Positions 26,849-34,776 of a DNA stretch of 40,841 nt are shown one piece after another. A program made the translations under genes and the position numbers. The notes under the pieces were generated by a model. It searched no databases, was not told the origin of the DNA, and was given only the letters and a program-made list of their open reading frames with translations. The DNA is from Pseudomonadota bacterium (lineage in GTDB: Bacteria > Bdellovibrionota > FAC87 > UBA2466). How positions within the stretch are numbered: the stretch's first letter is position 1; each line of letters begins with the position of its first letter. The stretch spans positions 1-40,841 of the forward strand of contig JAYUGC010000017.1 of the NCBI GenBank assembly GCA_043767805.1, read 5' to 3'.

Positions 26849-27679
26849 ATGCCAATTTCTTTACTGACGAATACGACCGCTTTGTCGGCTAAGCGCAACG
26901 TGGAAGAAGCGAACGAAAGCCTGGGAAGAGCGCTGGAGCGCCTTTCTTCCGGCAAGCGCATCAACCACGCGGGCGACGATGCCGCGGGCCTCGCCATCTC
27001 GGACACCCTCGAATCGAGAATCCGCAGCATGGCCCAGGCCGAACGAAATACGCTCGACGCCGTCTCCCTCGCTCAAGTCGCCGAAGGCGGCATGAACGAA
27101 GTGAGCAACATCATCCTGCGCATGCGAGAGCTAGCGATTCAATCCGCGAGTGATACGGTGGGCGACAAAGAGCGCGAGCTGCTTCAAATCGAGACGAAAG
27201 AACTGCACGCGGAGCTCGGCCGGTTAGCGGACAGCACGAAGTACCTCGGCACGAACCTTTTGAACGGCCAAGGCCAGGACTTCGTCTTCCAGATTGGCCC
27301 CGATAACAACGAGAACAACCGCATCTCCTACTCGGCTTCGCAAATTGATTTGCGGCCCGGCACCTTGGGGATCGATTCCGTGGACCTGTCGAGCCGCGAT
27401 GACGCCCAAGGCGCCATTGAAAGTCTGGACAACGCGCTTCAGCGCATCGGAAAACCGAGAGCGCAGCTAGGCGCCATCCAGGAAAGGATGCACTCGATTA
27501 CCCGCACACTGGCTAGCCAGCAAGAAACGTTAGGCGCCGCCAAGTCGCGGATTCTCGACGCGGACATGGCCCAAGAAGCTTCCGAGTCATTTCGCAATCA
27601 GGTGCGGGTGAAAGCCGGCACCGCCGTCATGGCGCAAGCCAACACCCTGCCCTCCCTCGCGCTGCGGCTACTGGAATAG
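26849..27679 (+). CDS. fliC: flagellin, short (D0/D1 only)
   Basis: Motifs ERLSSGKRINHAGDDAAGLAI, QVAEGG, RMRELAIQ, RAQLGAIQ, SRILDAD and AQAN; 276 aa. Confidence 0.96.
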   Translation: MPISLLTNTTALSAKRNVEEANESLGRALERLSSGKRINHAGDDAAGLAISDTLESRIRSMAQAERNTLDAVSLAQVAEGGMNEVSNIILRMRELAIQSASDTVGDKERELLQIETKELHAELGRLADSTKYLGTNLLNGQGQDFVFQIGPDNNENNRISYSASQIDLRPGTLGIDSVDLSSRDDAQGAIESLDNALQRIGKPRAQLGAIQERMHSITRTLASQQETLGAAKSRILDADMAQEASESFRNQVRVKAGTAVMAQANTLPSLALRLLE

Positions 27680-27689
27680 ACAATAAGGA

Positions 27690-27731
27690 CATTTGGCCCT
27701 CCGACCGATAAAGAGATCGGAGGGCCAAATG
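27690..27731 (+). promoter_or_regulatory. perfect 15-bp hairpin sequestering RBS and ATG, with a sigma28-like -10 in the loop
   Basis: CATTTGGCCCTCCGA (27690-27704) pairs with TCGGAGGGCCAAATG (27717-27731). ACCGATAA lies at 27704-27711 and TAAG at 27684-27687. Confidence 0.75.
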
Positions 27732-28055
27732 GCCACGGACTCGATTCCCAAACTAGACAGCTACAACGTCGCTGCCGCCGCAGAGTCACAGAACCGCGAG
27801 CGCAACCGCGATCGTGGCGTCCGTAAGGGTCCCTCCAAAGAAAGGGCCGCCCCATCCGCCGAAGCGGCGCCGGCCCCGACTTCTTCCGCGCCCGACCTCG
27901 CCTCCAGTCAAATCGTTGACAGTTCCACCGTGATCGAACTGCTTTCGCACCGCCCTTTACCCAATCCTCAAGCTCGTTTCCTCTCCAAGCCCGCACCCAA
28001 AGCCAGCCGCGACCGTCGGAATTCCGACGGTAAAAAGCTCGATAAATCGGCATAA
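27729..28055 (+). CDS. small basic, low-complexity hypothetical protein in the flaG position
   Basis: Strong SD GGAGG before ATG 27729. The 108-aa ORF fills the fliC-fliD gap and ends GKKLDKSA. Confidence 0.65.
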   Translation: MATDSIPKLDSYNVAAAAESQNRERNRDRGVRKGPSKERAAPSAEAAPAPTSSAPDLASSQIVDSSTVIELLSHRPLPNPQARFLSKPAPKASRDRRNSDGKKLDKSA

Positions 28056-28060
28056 CCGCG

Positions 28061-28090
28061 TTGCGGGATCCGGGCGCGTTCTCCTATAAT
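28061..28090 (+). promoter_or_regulatory. sigma70-like promoter upstream of fliD
   Basis: TTGCGG-N18-TATAAT. Confidence 0.5.
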
Positions 28091-28161
28091 CAATACAGGG
28101 AGCGGCTCTTCGGCCTCCTCCTATCCCTTACACTTTAGATTCCTTTTCTCGAGGCGAAACA

Positions 28162-29553
28162 GTGGCAGAAGTCTCGCTGGATTCGATATCGAATTTGAGC
28201 CCCGAGCTTCAGCGCGCCTACCAGGCGTCCGCGAAGGCGGAGCGCAAACCGATCACGAAAATCGAAGAGCGCCGTGGGGGCGTGCAGGAAAAAGTGAAGC
28301 TTTTGGACGACGTCATCGGACGCGTCGAGGGCGTGCGTGCGCTTTTGCCCTCTTTGAACTCACCGCTCGCGCTTCGGGAAATGGCGTTTTCCACCGGTGA
28401 CGAACATATCCTCACCGGCGCGGCGGACAAAAATGAAGCCGAGCCCGGTAAACATCAGCTGGAAGTGCTTCAGCTCGCGAAAACCGCGAGCGCCCTTTCC
28501 AATCGTTTCGCCGACGCGAACGAGACCCGGATCGGCTCTGGCTATTTCACGTTCACCGGCGCGGACGGAGAGACCAAAGACATCTACATCGACAATGAGA
28601 ACTCCACCCTCGAAGGCGTATCCCGCATCATCAATCAGGCGGGCATGGGAGTGAAATCCTCCGTGGTACGTGACCAAAGCGATCCGGAGCTTCCCTTCCG
28701 CCTCATCCTGAGCTCGGAGAAAACGGGCGCGGGCGAGAACGTGGAGTTCCCTGAGTTCTATTTCATCGACGGCGAGTCCGATTTCTTCGTGGAAGAGACC
28801 AAGGATGCTTCCAACGCCCGCATCCGTTACCAGGGCTTCGACATCGAAAGCCCGACGAACGAAGTCAAAGATCTCATCCGCGGGGTCACCCTCGACATCA
28901 AGGGAACCACCATCGACGGGCGCCCGGTTACGGTCACCGTCGAGCAGGACCTGCCCAAGACGACCCTCAAAGTGAAAGACCTCGTCGACAATTTGAATAA
29001 CGTCTTCCAGTTCGTGCAGCAGCAAAACACCCTCGACGAGAACTCGAAGACGGCCAACACCCTGGGCGGCGACTACGGCATCCGCATGGCCGAAGATCGC
29101 CTGAAGGCCGCCCTGCGGGAAAACCTGATTTTCAACGAGTCTCCGTCCAGCGTCCAGACTCTGACCGACATGGGGATTCAGTTCGACAAGAAGGGCATGC
29201 TCCATTTCGACGAGAAGAAATTTCAGTTCGCCCTCACCAATAATTTCGAAGGCGTCACCACCCTGCTCACCGGAGACGGGGTCAACACCGGCATCATCCC
29301 GAAGCTAAGCAACGCCCTTCGCTCGATCTCGGGCGGTCCCGACGGCCTTCTGACCTCGCAAAAGAAGAACTACACGACTCAAGTAAACAAAATGAACCAG
29401 GACATCGAGCTCAAGGAGAAGCGCTCCGAGACGAGACTGGTGAACTTAAAGGACAAGCTCGCCAAAGCCCAAGCGGCCATTGCCAAGATGCAAGGCCAAG
29501 CCGGCCACTTTGCTCAAACCATGGGCGGCGGAGGCGGGCCTCCCCTCGGCTGA
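28162..29553 (+). CDS. fliD: flagellar filament capping protein
   Basis: Motifs AERKPI, LEVLQLAK, RLILSSEKTG, SPTNEVKDLIRGVTLDIK and LTDMGI, plus a C-terminal coiled coil. It precedes fliS. Confidence 0.9.
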   Translation: MAEVSLDSISNLSPELQRAYQASAKAERKPITKIEERRGGVQEKVKLLDDVIGRVEGVRALLPSLNSPLALREMAFSTGDEHILTGAADKNEAEPGKHQLEVLQLAKTASALSNRFADANETRIGSGYFTFTGADGETKDIYIDNENSTLEGVSRIINQAGMGVKSSVVRDQSDPELPFRLILSSEKTGAGENVEFPEFYFIDGESDFFVEETKDASNARIRYQGFDIESPTNEVKDLIRGVTLDIKGTTIDGRPVTVTVEQDLPKTTLKVKDLVDNLNNVFQFVQQQNTLDENSKTANTLGGDYGIRMAEDRLKAALRENLIFNESPSSVQTLTDMGIQFDKKGMLHFDEKKFQFALTNNFEGVTTLLTGDGVNTGIIPKLSNALRSISGGPDGLLTSQKKNYTTQVNKMNQDIELKEKRSETRLVNLKDKLAKAQAAIAKMQGQAGHFAQTMGGGGGPPLG

Positions 29554-29560
29554 TTAACCC

Positions 29561-29962
29561 ATGAATCCCAAGCCTAAAACTACCGGCATCGACAGCTACC
29601 GCAAGACCGCGGTCACCACGGCTAGCCGTGAGACCGTGCTCCTCATGCTCTATGCCGGCGCGATTCGCTTCTTAAAAGGGGCGCTGGAAGCCGCGGAAAG
29701 AAAGGACCTGGCGGAGAGAAATCGCCTCGTCTCCAGGACCCAGAGTATCGTCAGCGAGCTTCGCTCCGTACTCGATTTCAAGATCGGCGGCACCATCGCC
29801 ACCGAGCTCGATCGCCTTTACGCTTTCGTAACGTCTCGGCTCGTCACCGCGACCATCGAACATAATTCCGATCACTTGAGAGAGGCTCTCAAGGTGCTCG
29901 AAACACTTCACAATGCGTGGGAAGAGGCAGTGGCCTCGCTCAGGAAACAAAAAGAGGGATGA
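29561..29962 (+). CDS. fliS: flagellar export chaperone FliS
   Basis: Motifs YRKTAVTTAS, LLMLYAGAIRFL, IVSELRSVLD, LDRLYAF and LHNAWEE. Confidence 0.94.
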   Translation: MNPKPKTTGIDSYRKTAVTTASRETVLLMLYAGAIRFLKGALEAAERKDLAERNRLVSRTQSIVSELRSVLDFKIGGTIATELDRLYAFVTSRLVTATIEHNSDHLREALKVLETLHNAWEEAVASLRKQKEG

Positions 29963-29965
29963 TCA

Positions 29966-30400
29966 ATGGAAGAGATCCTGCACTATCTCGAGCTCAAGAA
30001 CCAGTACTACGAAAAGTTCTGCTCCATGTCCGCGAAGTACCTGTCGGCCACCTACAATAACCAATGGGACGATCTGTCCTTCTTCGTGGATAACCGGGAG
30101 CGCGTGTTAAACATCATTCGCTCTTTTGATTTCAAGATCGCGAAACTCTTCGAAGAGATCGATCCGACCGCGCTGGACCTCACCCTGTACCGCCCCCGGG
30201 TGAAAGCGCTCCTCGATCGCCGCCAAGAGCTCGCCAAACGCATCGTCGACGTCGACTTGGAGCTCATCTCCCGCATCGATGATATGAAGACGGAAACCAT
30301 CCGCGATCTGAAAAAGACCGTGGAGACCAATAACCACGTCGAGACCTTCAACGCGGTAACCATGGTTCCCCGCCACCGCAAGCCCTACAAAAGCGCTTAG
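29966..30400 (+). CDS. FliT-like helical flagellar chaperone (putative)
   Basis: All-helical 144-aa protein directly after fliS, with a WDDL...V..RE pattern. The call relies mostly on synteny. Confidence 0.6.
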   Translation: MEEILHYLELKNQYYEKFCSMSAKYLSATYNNQWDDLSFFVDNRERVLNIIRSFDFKIAKLFEEIDPTALDLTLYRPRVKALLDRRQELAKRIVDVDLELISRIDDMKTETIRDLKKTVETNNHVETFNAVTMVPRHRKPYKSA

Positions 30401-30417
30401 TCCTCCTTCCAATCCCC

Positions 30418-30951
30418 ATGTCACCTATTCGTGCCCTACTGCTAGGTGCCCTCGCGGCACTCATAGGCCCAGCTTTGTCCGCGGATGCGGGCTGGTGGTT
30501 CGAGAAACCGGCTCCGGCTTGCCCCGCGGCGATGGCTTGGCTCGGCCCGCAGCTGCGCGCTGAATATGACACCGGTGTGTCGGTGACTTTGGATAAGGGA
30601 GGGGTGCGCATCTACCAATACGGGGTTGAGACCGGCGACTACCGGCGCAGCGATCGGAACCTGAAACAAATCATTCGCGATTGGCCGGCGCCCTGGACCG
30701 ACATGCGCGACCTCGAGGGGAAAGACGTGGCTGACATCGGCTGCGGCGGTGGCTCCATCGTGCGTAGGTGGCGAAACTTGGGCGTGCGCTCGACTGGAGT
30801 CGAGATCATCTTGGATGCCGAGCAACGTGCCGACGCGGAAAAAGATCCCACCCTCTTTCTGCAAAGAGAAGCCCGTCACACCGGCCTCCCCGACAACTTG
30901 CCGTCTAACGGCACGAAATTCCGAGCTGGCTCGTCTTTAAGGCAAGGCTAG
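30418..30951 (+). pseudogene. probably truncated class I SAM-dependent methyltransferase with signal peptide
   Basis: Signal peptide ending ALSA, motif I VADIGCGGG, strand 2 TGVEI, then REARHTGLPDN. The expected motif II (SFD-hydrophobic) and the rest of the fold are absent. Confidence 0.5.
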
Positions 30952-30967
30952 TGGCATGTCCATTGCT
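30952..30967 (+). promoter_or_regulatory. sigma54-type promoter upstream of the M48 peptidase
   Basis: TGGCAT-GTCCA-TTGCT. Confidence 0.65.
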
Positions 30968-30996
30968 TGTCTCAGAGTCAGAAAGGCGGGGTTTCT

Positions 30997-31845
30997 ATGC
31001 TTAAACGTACCGGGCTCTTCGTGATGTTAGTTCTCATCGTCATCGCTTGCGCGAAGACGCCAGTCACCGGCAAACAAGTCTTCATTCTAACCTCCGAGGC
31101 GGAGGAAGCCGAGCTGGGCCGGCAGGCGTATCAGGAGATACTCGCGAAATCGAAACTATCGACGAATCGCGGGTGGACTGAAGTAGTCAACCGGGCGGCC
31201 GGAAGGATTGCCAAGGCTTCGAACAAGTCCGAATACGAGTGGGAGTTCAAGCTCATCGAGTCGGCGGAGAAAAACGCGTTTTGTTTGCCTGGCGGAAAAA
31301 TCGCGGTCTACACCGGTATGTTCGAAATATTGAGTAATGAGGCGGAGCTCGCCGCGGTTCTGGGCCATGAAGTCGCCCACGCCACCGCGAGACATGCCGG
31401 CCAACGCATCACTTTGCAGTTTGGAGAGGAAGCGGGTTTTGCGGGCCTGGCGGCGTTAATGGGAGGAACGGACACGCTCGGCAAGAAGATCCTAATGCAA
31501 GCCCTGGGAGTGGGTGCCGCCATCGGGGCCGTCTTACCCTTTGGCCGATCCCAGGAAGCCGAGTCCGACCAGATCGGCGAAGTGTACATGGCTCAAGCGG
31601 GATATGACCCAAGCGCCGCCGTCACACTTTGGCAAACCTTCGCGAAGAGCTCCAGCAAGATGCCGGAATTTCTCTCCACCCACCCAAACCCCGAGAACCG
31701 AATCAGTGCTTTGAGCCAGCACTTGCCCGAGGCGCAGGTGTACTACACCCAAGCGCCTCAAAAGTACGGTTTGGGAGAAGTTTTTTCGCCTCGCAGGCCG
31801 CGCCAATTCACTGAAATCTATGCGGCGAGCCAGTCAAGCCTTTGA
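30997..31845 (+). CDS. M48 family metallopeptidase lipoprotein (Oma1/LoiP-like)
   Basis: Lipobox VIAC. Motifs NAFCLPGGKI, LAAVLGHEVAH, QEAESD, AGYDP and FLSTHP. Confidence 0.92.
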   Translation: MLKRTGLFVMLVLIVIACAKTPVTGKQVFILTSEAEEAELGRQAYQEILAKSKLSTNRGWTEVVNRAAGRIAKASNKSEYEWEFKLIESAEKNAFCLPGGKIAVYTGMFEILSNEAELAAVLGHEVAHATARHAGQRITLQFGEEAGFAGLAALMGGTDTLGKKILMQALGVGAAIGAVLPFGRSQEAESDQIGEVYMAQAGYDPSAAVTLWQTFAKSSSKMPEFLSTHPNPENRISALSQHLPEAQVYYTQAPQKYGLGEVFSPRRPRQFTEIYAASQSSL

Positions 31846-31908
31846 CTCCTTGCCCGCGTTTTGACGTTAGGACGCGGCGCTGCGCCTCACGATCTGCAGC
31901 CTCTACCG

Positions 31909-31924
31909 TGGCATGGGGATTGCT
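31909..31924 (+). promoter_or_regulatory. sigma54-type promoter upstream of the TPR gene
   Basis: TGGCAT-GGGGA-TTGCT. Confidence 0.6.
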
Positions 31925-31941
31925 CTCTATAGTCCCGCTCC

Positions 31942-33054
31942 ATGCCAAATCTATCTCCTGAAAAAACCAGCTCACTCCTGGACCTCCTCAATACGGCCGA
32001 AGACATTGAGGTCCGGGAAGTGTCCCTTCAAAACAAGCAGCGCATTCTGTCGTCGATCGACCGCTTCCTGCGCGGTTCCGACGACGATGAAAACGGCGAG
32101 CGCGCGTTCGTGGTTCGGGTGCGTAAGCGCAAAGAGCCCGAAGCAGAAACCGTTCCGGCGGAAATTCCGACGGATCGCGCTTACCTGCTCCAAAGCGCGG
32201 CGACTCTCGTTACCGGCGAGGATTACGTTCTCGCCCGCAACATTTACTCCTTTCTTCTAAAAGAGAATCTCAAGGACAGCGAAGCGCTGAAGGGGCTCGG
32301 CATCTGCCTGCTTCACCTCGGCGAAAGCGACTCCGCCCGCAAGTGCTTCCGCGCCGTGTGGGAACAATTCCGCAGTGAAGAAGCGCTCTACTGGATCGCC
32401 GCGACCTACCTCAAGGAAGGCGACGACACCTTGGCTCTCGAGCACATGGAGCGCATCGGAAAGCCCGACGTCCTTCCCGAGGAAGCCCGCTATTTCTATT
32501 ACAAGGATTTAGGCAACTGCCTGACCCGCGCTTCCCGCTTCGACATGGCGGTGGCGGCCTATTCCAAGGCGCTGAAACTCCGCCCCGAATCGACGCAAAT
32601 CGAAGCCAATCTCGGCACCCTCGAGATTCAAAGAGGCAATCTGGACGCCGCCCGCGCCCACTTCGAAAAAGCCCTCGAAGCCGACGGCCGTAACGGCCGC
32701 GCTCATTGCGGCCTCGGCATCCTTGCTCGCGCCAAAAGCGCCACGGTGGAAGCCGAGCGCCATTTCGAAAAAGCCCTCGAGAACGAACCGCCCAACCGCA
32801 TCGCCCTCCTCCAGCTCGTCGACATCGCCCACCACTTGGAGAGCTACTCCAAAGCCAAAGAACGCCTAGCTTCCTATTTGGAAGCGCACCCCACCGACGC
32901 CGAGATGAATTACGCCCTCGCGGCGATTCAGTTTCGGGAATCGGACTGGGGCTCCTGTGAAAAGCGCCTCGATAAGGCGCTAGAGAACGATCCCCTGCAC
33001 GAGCGAGCCACAAGGCTCAAAGCTCAGCTAGTCGGTCTTAAGAAGAAGCCTTAA
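31942..33054 (+). CDS. tetratricopeptide repeat protein (cytoplasmic)
   Basis: Tandem TPR patterns (LG.CL...G....A..., Y.KAL.L.P, A..HFEKALE). No signal peptide. Confidence 0.85.
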   Translation: MPNLSPEKTSSLLDLLNTAEDIEVREVSLQNKQRILSSIDRFLRGSDDDENGERAFVVRVRKRKEPEAETVPAEIPTDRAYLLQSAATLVTGEDYVLARNIYSFLLKENLKDSEALKGLGICLLHLGESDSARKCFRAVWEQFRSEEALYWIAATYLKEGDDTLALEHMERIGKPDVLPEEARYFYYKDLGNCLTRASRFDMAVAAYSKALKLRPESTQIEANLGTLEIQRGNLDAARAHFEKALEADGRNGRAHCGLGILARAKSATVEAERHFEKALENEPPNRIALLQLVDIAHHLESYSKAKERLASYLEAHPTDAEMNYALAAIQFRESDWGSCEKRLDKALENDPLHERATRLKAQLVGLKKKP

Positions 33055-33121
33055 GTTTCGCCCCGAAAGTCCGGCGGCTCTTCGGCCGTCAGGATCTTGT
33101 TTGCCAATTTGGAGGTCCCCG

Positions 33122-33607
33122 ATGCCCGAGACGGCCCTGCGCGAATCTACGTTCATCCTCAACCACTCGTCCGACGTCGCTGAGGAAACCAGCTTCTCGC
33201 CGCATCCGGAAATTTGGGCGGCCACCGGCATCGACATCGCCCTTGCCTGCATAGAGCCTGTTCAGCGCACCCTCGTCCGGGCCGCGCAATGGTTCCACGA
33301 GGAGAAGGCGGCGGCGGCTTACCGCCTCTTCGCCCAATGCATGGAAGGCCTCGAGCGCTTCACCGAGTCGATGCTCATTACCCGCAACGTCTTGAAGCTC
33401 ACGGCCGAGACGGCCGCGGTGGAAGGCTTCACCCTCGGAAAGATTGAGACGCAGATGGAGAACATCCTGCGTTCGATTCTGGCGTGTCAGGAAAACAACG
33501 ACACCATCGGCATCGCCGATCGGATCGAGTACGCGCTCATCCCCAACCTTTCGCTCTGGAGCCAGACGCTCCGTCAGCTGAAACGGTCGCAGAGCTCAAA
33601 CGCCTGA
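33122..33607 (+). CDS. helical hypothetical protein
   Basis: SD GGAGG before ATG 33122. The C-terminal DTIGIADRIEYALIPNL resembles a D..EY motif I recall from small proteins of flagellar or flagellin-modification loci. Confidence 0.6.
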   Translation: MPETALRESTFILNHSSDVAEETSFSPHPEIWAATGIDIALACIEPVQRTLVRAAQWFHEEKAAAAYRLFAQCMEGLERFTESMLITRNVLKLTAETAAVEGFTLGKIETQMENILRSILACQENNDTIGIADRIEYALIPNLSLWSQTLRQLKRSQSSNA

Positions 33608-34600
33608 TTGATCGTAGGAGACGTAGATCGTCGAACCGGCTTCGGGAGCCGCGGCGAAGACGATCTCGTTGGTCGCTGGCTCATAGCGCCACGCGGGCAC
33701 CGCAAGCTCGGTCTCTCCCCGGAAGAGGGTGACCTTGAGAGACGTGCTCTTCGGCTGACTCTTCAGCTTGAAGCGGCTGGGAAGCTCTTTCAATTTCAGC
33801 GCGTCGAGGCTGATGCGGCTCGCGAACGGGCCGCACAGATCCGCTTTTTCCCCGCCGAGCTTATCGGCCAAACGGAAGTAACGGTCTTCAAAAGTAGGCT
33901 GGCTGGCGCCGAAGTGGCTAAGCACGTCGATCTCGGCTTGATCGAGAGTCGTGCAGCGATTCGCGGAGCTCTTCGCGGCGCCCGCCAATGCTTTCAAGTT
34001 GATGGAGTACACGCGGAGCAAAGCTTTATTGCCGCCCTTGATCTTGGTCAGTTCGCTCGCGTAGTAGTCGACCGCGTCCTGCCCGGAGATTTCCGAGTGG
34101 TCTTCGCCGTCGGAAACATAAACGACGACTAGAGGCGCGCCGGTAACCGGAATAAAGGTGGAGCCCAGCGCCTGCAAGGACGCCTGCAAGCCGTTCGCGG
34201 AAGCGCCGGTATGAAGGTTAATCACTTGCGAAAGAATCGAGCCGAAGCTCTGAGAGCGCTGCTGGACGGTTCCGTAATTCTTAGTGAGAATGACGCCGCC
34301 CCCATCGGGCTTCAAGCGCCCTTGAGCGTATTGAGAGTCCGCGCTGATGATACCCATGCGATAGTTCGAAGTATTGGCATCGAGACGCTCGAAAAATTTG
34401 CTGGCTTCAGCAACGAGCTGCGCCTTCATATTGGACATGGGAGAGCGATCGTCGACCACCCAGAGCACGTCCACGTAAGCCGGGTTGTAGTCCACGGTGA
34501 AGAACTCGCTGGCCGCCGACAAGATGAACTGGTCATCGCCCCGGCAGCTTACAAGCAACAAGGACAGAACCAATCCGACGGCAAATCCAAGTCTCCACAT
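33596..34600 (-). CDS. vWA-like domain lipoprotein
   Basis: Start re-set to MWRLGFAVGLVLSLLLVSC (lipobox). VDVLWVVDDRSPM (degenerate MIDAS) and VVVYVSDGEDHS, followed by a C-terminal beta-sandwich ending P..GSTIYVSY. Confidence 0.7.
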   Translation of the reverse strand: MWRLGFAVGLVLSLLLVSCRGDDQFILSAASEFFTVDYNPAYVDVLWVVDDRSPMSNMKAQLVAEASKFFERLDANTSNYRMGIISADSQYAQGRLKPDGGGVILTKNYGTVQQRSQSFGSILSQVINLHTGASANGLQASLQALGSTFIPVTGAPLVVVYVSDGEDHSEISGQDAVDYYASELTKIKGGNKALLRVYSINLKALAGAAKSSANRCTTLDQAEIDVLSHFGASQPTFEDRYFRLADKLGGEKADLCGPFASRISLDALKLKELPSRFKLKSQPKSTSLKVTLFRGETELAVPAWRYEPATNEIVFAAAPEAGSTIYVSYDQSGV

Positions 34601-34668
34601 ACGATTCGAATCCGCCTTTATTTTAGAAGTAATATTCACAACACCACACCAAACCACATGACTTCCTG

Positions 34669-34684
34669 TGCAAGACGGACGCCA
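34669..34684 (-). promoter_or_regulatory. sigma54-type promoter upstream of the vWA lipoprotein
   Basis: Minus strand TGGCGT-CCGTC-TTGCA. Confidence 0.6.
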
Positions 34685-34776
34685 CCCCCTTTCGCGCTCA
34701 GACCCTAGCCCGTAAAAAGATAGGGATTCCGACAGCATGGAAGGCGAACCAGTAAGATATTGGATTTTAAGGAGAA

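Noticed and set aside
26849..27679. Short flagellin as a truncated gene
   Set aside because: Both conserved termini are intact, and flagellins of about 275 aa lacking outer domains are well known.
34601..34738. Extended N-terminus of the vWA ORF, and a possible riboswitch in this gap
   Set aside because: The lipoprotein signal begins at 34600 and the gap contains a sigma54 site. I could not recognise a riboswitch consensus.
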